Source: Octopus vulgaris (taxonomy: Eukaryota). Taken from it: a DNA stretch of 64,000 nt. Positions 1 to 14,740 of this stretch are shown in pieces (the stretch's first letter is position 1; the number at the start of each line of letters is the position of its first letter). Below the pieces are notes generated by a model. The model made no database searches and was not told where the DNA came from. It worked only from the letters and a program-made list of their open reading frames with translations. The stretch spans positions 129,146,001-129,210,000 of the forward strand of contig OX597819.1 of the NCBI GenBank assembly GCA_951406725.2, in the 5' to 3' direction. A program made the position numbers and the translations under genes.

Positions 1-274
1 ACACCTTTTATCAATTCAAAATGAACAATTAAATTACACCATCTAGAAAAATAATAGAAATATTAAAATTAAAATAACAATAAAATACCAATGATTAAGT
101 AAATTGCAAAATAATAATAAAAACATATATATTTGGTTTTTATGATTTTTATTATTTTTTTTGCAATTTACTTAATCATCGGTATATTATTGTTATTTTA
201 ATTTTAATATTTCTATTATATGTAATTTTCTAGATGGTGTAATTTAATTGTTCATTTTAATTGCTAAAAGGTGT
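1..274. repeat. Long AT-rich imperfect inverted repeat (fold-back), cut by the window start and followed by (TA)n
   Basis: 1-~120 (acaccttttatcaattcaaaatgaacaattaaattacaccatctagaaaa...) is the near-exact reverse complement of ~150-274 (...ttttctagatggtgtaatttaattgttcattttaattgctaaaaggtgt). Confidence 0.85.
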
Positions 275-283
275 TTTTTTCTA

Positions 284-344
<61 letters not shown>

Positions 345-551
345 CTTTTTTTTTCTTTACTTGTTTCAGTCATTAGACTGCACCATGCTCGTGCAGCCCC
401 TAGAGGAATTTTTAGTCGAATGAAAGAACTCTAGTATTTATTTTTATTTTTAAAGCCTGGTACTTATTCTATCAATCTTTTTCTTGCCAAATCGCTAATT
501 TAACACTCGAAACCCGGTTTTCAAGCGTTGGTGGGTAGCAAACACAGGCAT

Positions 552-582
<31 letters not shown>

Positions 583-605
583 AACACACCCACGCACGCA
601 CGCAC

Positions 606-662
<57 letters not shown>

Positions 663-718
663 CATATATACTATAGATATCATATATATATGATATGTAA
701 GTGATTATGTGTGTGTAT

Positions 719-719
719 G

Positions 720-805
<86 letters not shown>
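719..805. repeat. (GATA)n microsatellite
   Basis: Direct reading. Confidence 0.95.
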
Positions 806-806
<1 letters not shown>

Positions 807-1849
807 GGGTATGTATGTATGTCTGCGCATACAGCATTGTTATCACAATGACTAACAGAAAACCGCCTCGCAAGCAGTTGTCTCTTAATCTGTACTATGC
901 TGGAGAAAGTTTCTTATTAAGTAATTGGAATTATGTAACTTTTACTAAAAGAAAGCAAGTATTGAATGCAAAACAGTCTGCAAATTTTTTTATAAATTCC
1001 CGTTTCAATACATTTCTTTTTTTTTTCTTATCGAAATGCAGTTTTGAAGCTTCTTTCATTATGGAATACGTGAAATACATACTTCAGTCACAAATCTTAT
1101 TCAGTGCGACATTATTCAGAAGCGTTTTTTAGCATCTGCTTATACTTCTGGAAATACAGATGTCACCCAAATGTTTGCAATGCTACTTTCTACAGCTATA
1201 AGCTTAATCTAGCGTCAGTCAAGTTATGTTGAAGAAATAGAAAGCTAAATATGAAATCTTGCTAATTGGGTATAACTACAGAAATGTACCCCTGTACTCC
1301 ATGATGTATTTTCGTGACTTTCAGGATTATGAATATTTTTTAATGAAATTTTCTTCAAATATCGTTCAGATGGCGTGGATTACAATCATATCGGAATTTT
1401 ATGTGGAAAAGAAACGGAGAGAGATATCGCAAGCATATTGACATTATTTTCTTCATACATTTTGACGATTTCGCTATTATTATGTTAAAAAAAATATCCT
1501 TTGTGGACTCATCCTCTTTTCCAAAAATTCTTTGAAAGAAATCTTTTTAGAAAGAGGAGTACAATTCTTACACTAATTATTGAATGCCTACTTCTTTCAT
1601 TATTTTATCACAATCATAATCTTCCTTTTTTAAACAAACTGAAAAGTGACCCATCCTCTACGAGGTCGCTTAGCATGCTAGAATGAACATGTATCACATG
1701 GGTCTCAAAAGTAATATTTTTTCAATGTAATTGTAATTAAATTATTAAAACGACGAGAAAGTAAAGTCGAGATGCATGAAATATCCTCCGCAATCCATTT
1801 TCCTATACTTTTTTATATAATCGTATCTAAACCATAAGAAAATCATATT

Positions 1850-2050
1850 CTCTCTTTACTCTTTTACTTGTTTCAGGCTGGAGCACCGCCTTTAGTTGAG
1901 CAAATCGACCCCGGGACTTATTCTTTGTAAGCCCAGTACTTATTCTATCGGTCTCTTTTTGCCGAACCGCTAAGTTACGGGGACGTAAACACACCAGCAT
2001 TTGTTGTCAAGCAATGCTAGGGGGACAAACACACACACACAAACACACAT

Positions 2051-2123
<73 letters not shown>

Positions 2124-2287
2124 TACGACAGGCTTCTTTCAGTTTCCGTCTACCAAATCCACTCACAAGGCATTGGTCGGCCCGGGGCTATAGCAGAAGA
2201 CACTTGCCCAAGATGCCACGCAGTGGGACTGAACCCGGAACCATGTGGTTGGTTAGCAAGCTTCTTACCACACAGTCACTCCTGCGC
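1850..2287 (-). mobile_element. tRNA-derived SINE, family A (bipartite, with internal CA/TA microsatellite)
   Basis: Minus-strand head with A-box-like TGACTGTGTGGT and B-box-like GGTTCAGTCC, then a CORE-like TTGGGCAAGT motif; highly similar to 47357-47769. Confidence 0.9.
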
Positions 2288-3117
2288 ATATGTAGAAAAT
2301 TCCATTGAGAAATATTAATTTTTCTGAAAGCTATGAGAAAACAAAACTGAGGCGTGTGAATTATCTGAAACTGGTCTTCCAAAAATTTTTTCACCTCAAA
2401 GCCCGATAAAGTCGTTTCTACACCATCTGAAACGCATTTGTAGAAACTTTCATCAATAAATATCTATTTTTCGGAAAGTTATGAGGAAACAAATTCGTCG
2501 GGGCACATTTTTATACCTATGGCGCGAAAAATGGTCTTTCTGCTGGTATTTATAAAGGCTGTTTGTTCGTGTGTACATATATATATAATAAGAAAAAAGA
2601 ACTTTACTGTAACTTGGTATACCTTTATTTCAGTTGTTAAATTTATTTCATTATCCGGCAACACTTGACGTTACACAATATATGCAACTTGTAAAACCAG
2701 CTTGACAACCGGTGTTGGTTTGTTTACGTGCCTGTAAACTAGCAGCTCGGCAAACAGAAATCGATAGAATAAGTAACAGGCTTTAAAAACAAAAGTTCTT
2801 CAAGGTGGTGCCCCAGCATGGCCGTGGTCTAATAACTGAATCAAGTAAAAGATTAAAGGTTAAAGGTTAAGTATTTACTCATGTATGTGTACACATGTAT
2901 ATGTGTATGTGCTCATGCATATATGAATATGCAAATACGTGTGTGTGTGTATTATATTATGTGTGCGTGTGTACATTTTGCTTTGGCATAGCGATACTAA
3001 AAAACTGGTGTTAGAACAGAGTATACATATGCTTCAGAAAGAAGCGTCAGTCGAGTACAGAATGCTAATAGGAAATTAGAATGACAAGGAATAAACAAGT
3101 ATGCTATGAACTTGTTT

Positions 3118-3200
3118 GGAGTTCCGATGAAGCTACAGGGTGTTACTCAAGCATGCAACTATGAATGTGTTGCATCTTATAACAGAAACAGTTGTAAGCC
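3118..3200 (+). ncRNA. Degenerate hammerhead-like motif
   Basis: CCGATGA(A) ... hairpin TGTTA..ATGCAAC/GTTGCAT..TAACA ... GAAA-CAGTTG-TA; stem I weak. Confidence 0.35.
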
Positions 3201-3245
3201 AATGGAATTCATAACATAACTGTTTATCCTTTTGCCATTCTGATT

Positions 3246-3426
3246 ATGTGTGTGTGTATGTATGTATGTGTCTATATGTTTGTTTGTGTATGCATGTATG
3301 TATGTATGTATGTATGTATGTATGTATGTATGTATGTATGTATGTATGTATGTATGTATGTATGTATGTATGTATGTATGTATGTATGTATGTGTGTATG
3401 TATGTATGTATGTATGTATGTATGTA
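3246..3426. repeat. (TATG)n microsatellite
   Basis: Direct reading. Confidence 0.95.
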
Positions 3427-4703
3427 TTGGGTCGTCAAGTACGAAATTTGTAGAAAAGAAAAAAGTTTGCTAATGTTTTGTGAATACAAGGAATAGTTTT
3501 ATTCATCAAAGTATGCCCCTATATTGTCAATACACTTTTGCCATTTCAGTGGTAGCTTGTCCAGCTCGGAACTGCAAAAGCCTGGCAATCTAGTGTCAAT
3601 AAAATCTTGAAAGGCCTGTTTTATAGCATCGTTGGAATTAAATTCTTTTCCTATAAAAAAGTTATCCAAATTCTGGAAGAAGTGGTATTCAGTGGGGGCA
3701 AGATCAAGTGAGTATGGTGGATGATGGAGAACTTCCAGCTCAAGCTCCTGTAGTTTCCCCAATGTCATTTTTGCGATGTGTGGTCTAGCGTTGTCCTGCA
3801 ATAAAATAGGAGTGGATCTGTTGACTAATCTAGGCTGTTTTTTTTGTGTGTAAGTTTCTGCATCATTTGGTCCAGTTGGCTGCAGTATACTTCGGCCGTG
3901 ATTGATGAGCCAGGTTTAATGAAATCATAATGGATCACACCTGCACCAGACCACCAAACACACACCATCAGCTTCTTTTGATGAATTTTGCTTTTTAGAC
4001 CGTGTTTTGGTGGCTCGTCTTTGTCCAACCATTGTGCTGAACGTTTACGGTTGTTGTATTGGATCCATTTCTCATCACATTCGATTAAAAAATGATTCAT
4101 TTTTGTGACGAGAAAGTAGTATAATTCAGGCTTCTAACCGTTGCTATTTCTGATTTTTATTGAGTTCATGTGGAACCCACTCATCCAACTTTTTCACTTT
4201 ACCGATTTGAACCAGGTGAGTCAATATTGTTTGCTTACTAACACCAAACAACAACGATAATTCACAGGCACTTTGAGATGGATTTGACTCGACGGTGGCT
4301 TTCAGTTCGTCATTATCCACCTGTGTTTTCGATCGACGGCGTGGCTCATTTGTAAGGTCAAAGTTACCAGAACGAAATTTTGCAAACCAATTTGATACTG
4401 TCTGCTGTGTAATAACCTTAGAATGAAATACTCCATTAATATTCCGAGCTGTCTGTGATGCTGTATTTGCAAGAAAGAACTCATATTTCAAAACTGTACG
4501 AATTTCCGACTTATCCATCTCTAAACAAAAATAGGATAAAACGATTTATAAATACTTTATAAAGCGCAAAATGAGTTAGAATAAAGAAATAGATGCGTCC
4601 GCTTTCTAACAAAAAATCAAGATTGTCAAAATAAAATAATGGCACAAAATGAGCTGCTGTAAAAGTTTACGATATATCTTACTACAAATCTCATACAACC
4701 TAA
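3427..4703 (-). mobile_element. Full-length (~1.28 kb) decayed mariner (DD34D) transposon
   Basis: Degenerate TIRs (ttgggtcgtcaagtacgaaatttgtag / ctacaaatctcatacaacctaa) flanked by TA; transposase fragments in three ORFs. Confidence 0.92.
3499..4518 (-). pseudogene. Mariner transposase pseudogene (frameshifts and stops)
   Basis: Motifs WFAKFRSG, WVPHEL, CDEKW, QDNARPH, HPPYSLDLAPTEY across ORFs 4144-4518, 3825-4100 and 3499-3801. Confidence 0.92.
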
Positions 4704-4729
4704 TATATAAGGGTGACCGCCTTCGGTTA

Positions 4730-5038
4730 TGAATGTCCATGGGATTGCATCTAGAAAGTTACCCTCCCAGGCACATGTCCGGGCAAGCTTGTCTATGGAA
4801 GACCAGCAGTCGCCCATGCATACCAGCCTCCACGCCACCGATGTTATCCAAGGGAAAGGCAAAGGGGCCGATACAGCTTGACACCAGTGACGTCACAACT
4901 CATTTCTACAGCTTAATTAACTGGAGCAACGTGAAATAAAGTGTCTTGTTCAAGAACACAACACCGCAGCCGGCCCAGGAATCAAACTCACAACCTCACG
5001 ATCGTGAGCTCGGTGCTCTAACCATTGAGTCATGCGCC
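4730..5038 (-). mobile_element. tRNA-derived SINE, family E
   Basis: Minus-strand head GGCGCATGACTCAATGGTTAGAGC...GAGTTTGATTCC, body ACACTTTATTTCACGTTGCTCCAG shared with 44225-44470. Confidence 0.75.
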
Positions 5039-6024
5039 TTCACGTATATATGTGTGTGTGTGTACGTATGTATGTATAAAAATAGAAGCATATACATATA
5101 TATATATACATATATATATATTTATATGCTTTTATATATATATACATATATATATGATAACATTAATCGAAGAACTTAAAGAAAACGTCTTTAATGAAGT
5201 GCTTAATAAATCTTAATAGCATAGTGCTTATTTATTTTTATTTAAATATTGTCTATTTGTTTTCTGGGGTTTTTTTGCTTGAATTAGGCGTTTCAAGATA
5301 TAACGAATTTTCTGCAGCTGATAGTATCAAACACGTAATATATCCTTGTCTTTGAAAAATTTAATGCTAACAAAACACACCCTCTAAGACATAGTCCATA
5401 TAAATAAATAATAGATAAATTCTAATAAAAACAAAAATGGTGCAGCAGAATGCCCATGTTCTCATAATGTACTTATCAAACAATTTAAATCTTAGGTACT
5501 CCATTTGTCCTCATTTTTATGTTCGTCATAAACTAAACGGCGAGACTTAAATTGCTGTGATAAAAAAAAAACAAATTTTAATCTGTCTTTGAAATACAGA
5601 AATGCAATCTAAATGAAAATCGTATTTAATAATTCATGAATCAGCATTAATTAACAGGCACTAATTATCGATTTATTGCGTATTAAAAGACATAGGTTTA
5701 ATTTAGAATGATCAGATTACTTGTAAATATATATAAATGGATTACACTTACGTAAAAAAAATCACGTTTTATTCCGTATCTTAAATAAAACCGGGAAACA
5801 CAAAAATCATTAAACCAAATATTTATTTCACTTTTCCACATAATTTTTTTTTGTAACTTTTTACTTCGATATTTTACTTGTGACATTTTTTCCTGATTTT
5901 TTAAATCGCAAATTATTCCACTTTTACCATCCATGTTTCTACTTTATGCACGAGTGTTTTCAATAGTGGGGGTCATATAGCAAGACTTCTTGTGACTTGA
6001 AATGATATTTAAATTGCTTTCAAA

Positions 6025-6705
6025 TTTTGGAACAACACCAACAGGGTCGTCGGCGGAAGGGGTTAGTCGATTACATCGATCCCAGTGTTCAACTGGTACT
6101 TATTTTATCAACTCCAAAAGGATGAATGGCAAAGTCCACCTCGGCGACTACGAAGTCAACATTGTCTTTTATTCCTTCGGAGTCGATAAAATAAGAAACA
6201 TCAGCCAAGAGCGGAATGTCGATGTAATCGACTAACTACACTCACCTGTAAATTGCTGGTATCGTACCTTTCAGAGACCATTATTAAGGCGATGAGCTTG
6301 CAGAATCGTTGCAGTATTTCTTCCAGTTCTTTATATTCTAAATTCAAATATTGCTGAAGCCATATTGTTTTTCATACTTTTTGGATCGATAAAAATAAAG
6401 TACCAGTCAAATATTGGGGTTGATGTAATCGACTATCATTCTTCTCTTAAAATTGTTTCAAAATGTGAAACAATTATCAGTATTAGATGTAGTAATAAGG
6501 CTGAACCGTTAGTACGCCGGATTAAATGCTTAGTGGTATTTTTTCCGGCTATTTGCGTCCTGAGTTTAAATTCTGTTGAGTTCGACTTTGCCTTTCATCC
6601 TTTCGGAATCGATAAATTAAGTACCAGTTGTGTACTGGGGTCGATGTAATCGACTGGACCCCATCCCCCAAATTTCAGGCCTTGTGCCGACAATAGAAAG
6701 GATTA
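6025..6705. mobile_element. Cluster of degenerate family-B SINE fragments
   Basis: Repeated GCCTTTCATCCTTTCGG..TCGATAAA..AAGTACCAG-like motifs in both orientations. Confidence 0.75.
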
Positions 6706-6710
6706 TTATA

Positions 6711-6759
<49 letters not shown>

Positions 6760-6762
6760 GCA

Positions 6763-6811
<49 letters not shown>

Positions 6812-6856
6812 TAGTAGTAGTAGAAGCAGTAGCAGCAGCAGCAGCAGCAGCAGCAA
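6705..6856. repeat. Compound trinucleotide microsatellite (ATT)n-(AGC)n-(AGT)n
   Basis: Direct reading. Confidence 0.95.
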
Positions 6857-7240
6857 CGGTCGCAACAGAAGTAACACCATTAAACTATACTTCAACAAAG
6901 TTTTTTTCTTCCTTTACGTCTTGTGCTATTTTACATATTTATCGATAGATCGATAAATACCTTCGGTAATAGAAAAAGAAATTCACGTATTAATCGACCG
7001 GCCCAGTGACTTACATTCTTTATTTACAATGTTTATTAAACAATACCATGTTTGCATATACTTATACATACATGCATACATACGCATACATATTAAACTA
7101 TATGGTATGTCTAGCGTGTACGTTTATGCATATATAAGTGTGTATGTGTGTGGGTGTATGTATGTGTGTGTGTGTGTAGGTGTGTATATGTGTGTATATG
7201 TTTATATATGTGTGTGTGTGCGCGTGCGCATGTGTGTATG

Positions 7241-7271
<31 letters not shown>

Positions 7272-7555
7272 GTATATCTATGTATGTATGTATGTATATA
7301 TGTATATGTGTATGTATAACAGTATTTATTGAGTATATATATATATATATATATCTTTACACACACACACACACACTCACACATATATATATATATATAT
7401 TTATTTATTTATTTATAAAAACAATAAATTAAATAGAAAATACAGGTCTATAATATATGTATGTATGCATGTATTTCTGCACGTATACACTTACTACACA
7501 CACATGCATTATGTGCGTGTGTGTATTTGTGTGTGTGCGTGTGTTTATGTTTATG

Positions 7556-7595
<40 letters not shown>

Positions 7596-8544
7596 ATGAG
7601 CACGCGTGTTTCTTTGAGCCTTTCTCAGCGAACAATTTTGATGTATTTTCATTGTTTCTCTTCGCATGAGGATCGAAACCTGATAACATGAAACATTGCA
7701 TCGTTATGCGATGTTTTTCCATCTCAATGTGTTCAGGCTTCATACACTTTCCACTTGACGTAAAAATACAATTCTAGCAAGTTTTTTTTTTATTTATTTT
7801 TGTTTGTTCGTGTAAAATTTATCGGTATTTTGCTTTCTTTCTTTATTTTTATTTTCCTTTTGTTTTTCGGTAGACTAAAGCCTTAGATGTTATTCTTGTT
7901 ATTTTTGTTGCTGTTGTTCGTGTTATTGTACTTCTTCATCTTCTTCTTCGTCGTCGTTGTCATCACCGTCGTCTTCTTTTTCTTCTTCGTCAAGATCTTC
8001 GTTTTCTTCTTGCCTTGGTTGTTCCTGTTAAACCGCATGTCAGTCTTAAATCGATTGTTTTTCTTTTTAATCAAAGCCTGTCTTTCTATCTCTGACTAAC
8101 TCAACATCTGTTTTATCAAGGCAGTGGCTCTAAAAGCTTGCTACCCCTCGCCCTCTTTCCCTTACCTCTATGTAAGCTTATACAACAAAGTTCAATGTGA
8201 CAACCCCATAAAAAGCATCGTTCGGACCGGACCTCACCCATCCCCCCCTTCTCAGATACTACAACTGCATCTAAATTTACATTATGCTTTGTCGCCCAAT
8301 GGAAACTCAACATAGAAATTACTCGGGGTTATTATTGTTTAGTACACCGCAATCCAGGTCATCTTTGACATTCTGTCATGAACAATCCTTTTTGTTTTGT
8401 TTCTTTCCTATTTCTATATCCTGGACTCTGCAATGTTCGGTTTGTCTTACCGTTTTGTTAAGTTGGTAGGCTGATATGAAGTGAAGGGGGAGGGGAGGTT
8501 GGTTGCTAATTTTGGCAGGCCGAGCGATCATATATTGGTTTCAA

Positions 8545-8740
8545 ATTTTGGCACAAGGCCAGCCACTTCAAGGAAAGGATTAAGTCGTTTACATCGACCC
8601 CAGTGCTCGACTGGTACTTATTCTATAGACCGCGAAAAGATGAAAGGCAAAGTCGACCTCGGTGGAATTTGAACTCAGAGCGTAAAGACAGACGAAATGC
8701 CGCTCAGAATTTTGCCCGACGTTCTAACGATTCTGCTACC
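8545..8740 (-). mobile_element. Family-B SINE, degenerate monomer
   Basis: gatgaaaggcaaagtcgacctcggtggaatttgaactcag matches the family-B body. Confidence 0.8.
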
Positions 8741-8759
8741 TCTAATTATCTCTAATTTA

Positions 8760-8962
<203 letters not shown>

Positions 8963-9047
8963 TATTTTTCTTTTTGTATAGCTTACTTAGCGTGGATACA
9001 CTGAAAGCACTGGGGTATTTCTCATGAGAAAGCATTTCGTATAGACC

Positions 9048-9388
9048 AGTGGGCTTCAACCATTTTTACCTATGTACCTCTTTGATTACTATATCACTCT
9101 GGTTGACTCCTTAGCCATTCAAGGTTTAAAAACTAGTTTTATTTGTACTTCTTTCAAAATTCCTATCTTGTTCATCACACATTGACTTGTGTAGGTTGAA
9201 CTATGTAAAACGTTAGAGAAAGAAATATATCTGTTTCTTGCAATAAATACAACTAAGGCAAAATTTTTTTCGTGGACCCTTAATATACTTGTGTGGGTTG
9301 CAAATTTACTATTTTGCTCACGTGGACTCTCAAAAGTTATCTATGGACCCCCAAAAGTCAAATGGGCCCGGTTTTAGAACCGCTTGGA
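9048..9388. mobile_element. Possible hAT-type MITE (old)
   Basis: Ends cagtgggcttcaacc / ggttttagaaccgcttg resemble CAGTGGTTCTCAAC-type hAT TIRs; internal GTGGACCC-like repeats. Confidence 0.45.
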
Positions 9389-10473
9389 TAGGCGTATTGT
9401 GCTGAAAAGCAGAGAAGTATCTGTAACAGATGAAATGCGTCCAGCAACGGCAGAGGATTACCAGATCCGAAATTTCTGCATATTTGCTTGTCATCGGTAG
9501 CAAGTATTGACTAAAGATATATATATTTATATACATATATATATATATATATATAACAAAGTTCTCCCCCAAACTGAATGGCTGAAAATGTTTCCATAAT
9601 AATTTGTACTAGATGAAGGACCAATTTTGCAAAGTAAATCGTATTAAACACACACACACACACACAGAGTGTTACACATATGTACATATACATAAATATA
9701 AACAATCTTTCATCCAGATTCTCCAACCCATATCAGTGCAGGAATCAAACATTGGATTGAAAGAACTGAACAGCAGTATAAATGTCAACACAATTATTTC
9801 TTCTTCCTCTCTTCCTTCTTTCTTTCCTTCTCTTTTCCATTGACATTCCTTTCAGATACACAGGCACCCACACACACACACACACACGTACATACATACA
9901 CACACACACATACACACACACACACACACACATACACACACACACATACTCACAAGACAATCATAAAAAGAAATCCAGACAATTTTTTGAAAAATAACAT
10001 TTTACCCCCCTTGGAGTGGCCACCTGGGTTTGCCGTTTTTAAAAGCCAAGAATCATTTACTATTGAAAGACTGACCAGTTGCAAAGATGTCAACACATTT
10101 TTCTTCTTTCCCTCTTCCTTCTTCCTTTCCTTCTCTTTTTCTTGACCACCTCTTTCAGATACAAAAGTACACACACACACACATACATACACACACGCGC
10201 ACTCTCTCTCACTTTCTCCCCATTCCTCACCCTCTTGTACTATCTTATATCTCCCCCCACCCTTACACACTCAATAATACTATAAAAAGAGACAAAATTC
10301 CTGAAAAAGTTCAATCTGACAACTCCACTAGAGTGGACGCAAGCGCTAATATATGATTTATAAAAACATGTGACATATTAATAAATATCTGTAAATATAA
10401 AACCATCCAGATTTCTGAGTACCTTATTTCTTCTAATATATAATACCTGTACATCATCTCCAAACCTTCTAAG

Positions 10474-10498
<25 letters not shown>

Positions 10499-10504
<6 letters not shown>

Positions 10505-10797
10505 CCTTCTCGAGCCATGCCTGGCTCATAAAGCCGGTTTCCCAGTTTCCTTGGCGTATAGGTTCCCCACCTGGACGGGACGCCGGTCTGTCCCAGGTGA
10601 GCTGCAGGATGCAGGAAGAAAGAGTGAGAGAAAGTTGTGGCGAAAGAGTCAGCAGAGCTTCGCCATTACCTTCTGCCGGAGCCGCGTGGAGCTTAGGTGT
10701 TTCGCTCATAAACACACACATCACCCAATCTGAGATTCGAACCCGTGATCCATCGACCGCGAGTCCGTTGCTCTAACCACTAGGCCATGTGCCTCCA
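10499..10797 (-). mobile_element. tRNA-derived SINE, family D
   Basis: Head GTGGAGGCACATGGCCTAGTGGTTAGAGC...GGTTCGAATCTC; tail GGCATGGCTCGAGAAGGAACAAA; matches 34715-34993. Confidence 0.88.
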
Positions 10798-10826
10798 CAC
10801 ACATACACACACACACTCACATACAC

Positions 10827-10861
<35 letters not shown>

Positions 10862-10989
10862 TGTATGTATGTATGTATGTATGTATGTATGTATGCAACT
10901 CTATCTCTCAGTCTCCCTCTCTCTATCTCTCTCTCTATATATATATATATATGTAATATATATTCATACATACACAAACAGACAGACAG

Positions 10990-11010
10990 ACAAATAGACA
11001 GATAGGTAGG

Positions 11011-11090
<80 letters not shown>
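10990..11090. repeat. (GATA)n microsatellite
   Basis: Direct reading. Confidence 0.95.
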
Positions 11091-11091
<1 letters not shown>

Positions 11092-12510
11092 GCACGTGCA
11101 TGAATATATTCGTTCGTTGAATGTACAGGACTTCCGAATTTAGATGTGTGTATACGACGGACTTTCTCCCAGTTTCCGACAACCCAATTTTACTCAAACC
11201 GAGACTATCGTAGATGATACTTGCCCAAGTACCGCGTAAGAATATCGAACGCAGAACCACACAACCATACCTGCGCCCATCCTCTTTATGACATTGAATT
11301 TCTGGTGGTTTTCCTACAACTTGGTGGATTATAACAATAATCTGCATCATTCCATAACAGTATCTACTTCCTCTGTTATCCATTTACCAGTTCATATATA
11401 TCGATTTCTCACTATCAATACTTCTGTATCCATTTCCCGTTCTATTCTTCGTGTGATTTACATTGTATTCTCATCAGACACGGTTTCCTGTTGATAATAA
11501 TAATTTCTCACGTTCGTCCAAATCTAGAAGTTTGTTTACGTTGACGTTTATAGTCGACTAAATCGGCACAGGTATCTGCCTGGTACTTAATTATTCAAAC
11601 CTGGAAAGAAAAAAGGCAAAAAGATTCCAGTTGAGACCATTTTCCTGGTATATCTACAACTACATTGTCTAACGAGAGTTTTCATACTTTCTTTTTATAT
11701 AGCAGCATGCAATTTGAGATAGATTTGGCTACTATTTCTAGGCCACTTAAAGCAAGTGGGTGGGGGTAGATTTTTTTATCGCTAATGTTACTTGTTCTAT
11801 AAGAAATTGTTCACTCGGATTGAACTCTGAACGTTGAAGAGATGGACCTAAATTGCTATAATCGTCAAACATTCGTAATGTTTCTGGAATTACAACAGGT
11901 CCCGAATCATTTTATATCCGATGTAATGTGGAGCTTTGTCCTACATCAAGCCTTCTAAAATTCGACAAACCTGTTTTCACATCTGGACTATTTGTCTGTT
12001 TAAATTATTTTTCAACAGGAATATTTCTCTAGCAGTCGTGTAACTGAAATTCAATTGTAGGATCGTATTTAATCCGTTTACTTCGTAGAGATTGCTAGCG
12101 AATAACTAAGTATGAAATGTAGACTCCCCCTTCAAAAAATAAAACGAATGAACTAGTCAAATTAATGTTCGTAAGACAAACTCACAACAGTTCTGTACTT
12201 GGCGGCGACGGTTACCAGGTATTCTGCAGAGGCAAAAGCGAAAAACTTACAACGAACCAAGAGTATATATCCTTCACATTAATAATTATATTACACCAAA
12301 CCGCGACAACTTGATACCAAAAGAAAATGGCTTGAGCGGGAAAAAAACTGTTTCCTTAATGTTCCTTAGGCAGTTAAATCATTCTAGAGCTATATTTTGA
12401 GAATCCATCTGGGCGTGCGCGTGCGTGTGTGTGTGTGCGTTTGATGGATTTAATCGACTATACCAGTTTCGTACAATTTGAGGCTTTGTTACCAATGAGT
12501 GGAATTATTC

Positions 12511-12548
12511 GCAGCAGCAGCAGTAGCAGCAGCAGTAGTAGTAGCAGC

Positions 12549-12580
<32 letters not shown>

Positions 12581-12602
12581 CAGCAGCAGCAGTAGTAGTA
12601 GC

Positions 12603-12641
<39 letters not shown>
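12511..12641. repeat. (AGC)/(AGT)n trinucleotide repeat
   Basis: Direct reading. Confidence 0.95.
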
Positions 12642-12642
<1 letters not shown>

Positions 12643-14019
12643 TGTGTCTCTGGAGATATATATATATATATATATATTCTATTTTATTTGTTTTAAAAGC
12701 ATATTTCAGCAAATACCTGCTGCAGACTTATATTAATGTGTTATGTGCCAGTAGAGTAACATTAGCGTTGCCTGGTTTATAACAATACGTACATTGATGG
12801 AGAAAACCAGTTTCCATACTTAGTAACAATATCCAGTTTGCCATCTTATTTTTTCGTTTAATTATTTACACATTTAACATACATCGTTGTTGTGGCTATT
12901 TTTTGCACCTTTCTTTTAGTTTGTATATTTGCAGTAAGCTATTTTTTTTAATTTCCGAAATTCAATGCTTACAGTATTTTGTCTAATAAAATGAGTATTA
13001 ATCAATATTCTGGGAAAATTTCCCGTCTGCTACACCAACACTCGTGGATTTCGGTCGGTCCAACAGCCTCCTACTCTTACAGTAAGACACAAATCCTTCG
13101 GCTTCTGTCAGTAGCGTCGTGTGGGTTTTGGCTGTTCAATATGTTAACCAAAATGGCCGCCGTCTTTCTTAAACATACCTTCGAATACAGCAAACACATG
13201 TCGTAAACAAAATGGCCTCTCCGTGTGGTCAACACATCCTGCACAGCCCTCCCTACGCAACTATACAGCTGTACGAGTAACTGGTTCTAACTTAGGCACA
13301 AGGCTTGCAGTTTTGGTTGGATGGTGTTAGTCAATACCTCTGCATTTGATTGGTACTTTATTTTATTGACCCTTAAAGGGTGAAAGGTGAAGTTGATCTC
13401 TGCGGGATAAAAACTCAGAACATAAACATAAAGAGCCGGAACTAATATCCCATAGCATTTATTTAGTTCGACGCTCTGGCGTTTTACCCCATTCACGGCA
13501 TTCACAACATAGGTTTCGGCTGCCTTATGTGACAGCCAAATTGGCCAGCTTTTTTCCTTAAACGTAACGCTCCTTTGTCTACAGTAAACACAAGTATCTC
13601 AAGTAGCCACTCTGTGCGATCCACCCGCTCCACACTATGCCACTGTCTTCTATATCCACCCTAAGGCTCTCAGTCATTTATAGCTCAGCACCCTCTTTAG
13701 CCGAATATCTTTAAAAAAACGTCACTCTCCATGTTCTGCAAAACCAAGAAACAGGAGAATATTTTAATTAATCAAACTATAACTGTGCAGCCTTATTATC
13801 CATGTTTTCGTTTATTATTCCATCAAGCATGCACATGGATTAGTACTAAGCAAGGACTCGTATAACGAAATTATATTGGACCTTGGAACATTATCAATCA
13901 TGTTTTTGCTCTCCCATAACACAATGCCCTTCTCACATTGCTCCCGAGAAAGATTTTTCTTGAAAAGGTGTTAAAATATAAATATCATACCTAGTTTTAA
14001 TATTTTATTTCTTAGAAAA

Positions 14020-14740
14020 GTTATGACCATTCTGCGACACCCACTGCCCACCTTGGGAACAAACAATATCCCCCATGGACTACTACTACCTAGCTTAAGA
14101 ACCACTAAATTAAGTCATCTCTGTGATACAGACTCGAATATTCTCTATCCTAATCTGACACTTACCTATCTCAAGATAATTTACTACACAACTCCTGCCA
14201 GCCCACCAAATCCCCCAGTACTTCAAGTTCTTTGGTAGCAAATGTGTTTCACCGCCGAATCCTCCCTAAACGAGTGATTAAAAATATATCCGAGATATAC
14301 TGTTCCACATCCCTTACATAACCAAGACTCACAACCATAATTTTCCTTTTATTCTGACTTGACATCCATTTGGCAGCTCCCATGACCCCTTGCGTTTCTG
14401 TAATAAGCAAAGACCTAGTCTAAACATTGGCAACATAGTAGGTGCCCTTAAAGGTACCCAAGGACAAGATGAGGATATTAATGTAGTTGTGCAGATGAAA
14501 AGTAATATCTACACCAGCTGTTGGGGTGGGAATCTGCTACAATCGACAACCGGAATGTTTATCTACCACCATAATACCAACGTGACGAGCCCCAAGAAGT
14601 CAAAGGACGAGTTCCTGCACCATAAAGCTCTGTGTCATTTCTCAAAATATAACCGGGCCTTCCTAGATCCGACATGAGAGTCTTTACTACTTTTTCAGAA
14701 TACTCCTCGTATTCACTTCTCCTCAACCAAGACAAACCTG
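14020..14740 (+). pseudogene. Highly degraded Penelope-like element fragment (RT C-terminal linker / GIY-YIG region)
   Basis: Weak motif resemblance only (e.g. SNIYTSC...NLLQSTTG, similar to the GIY-YIG N-terminal pattern). Confidence 0.3.

Noticed and set aside
815-1500. Possible hAT transposase remnant
   Set aside because: No diagnostic motif recoverable by eye
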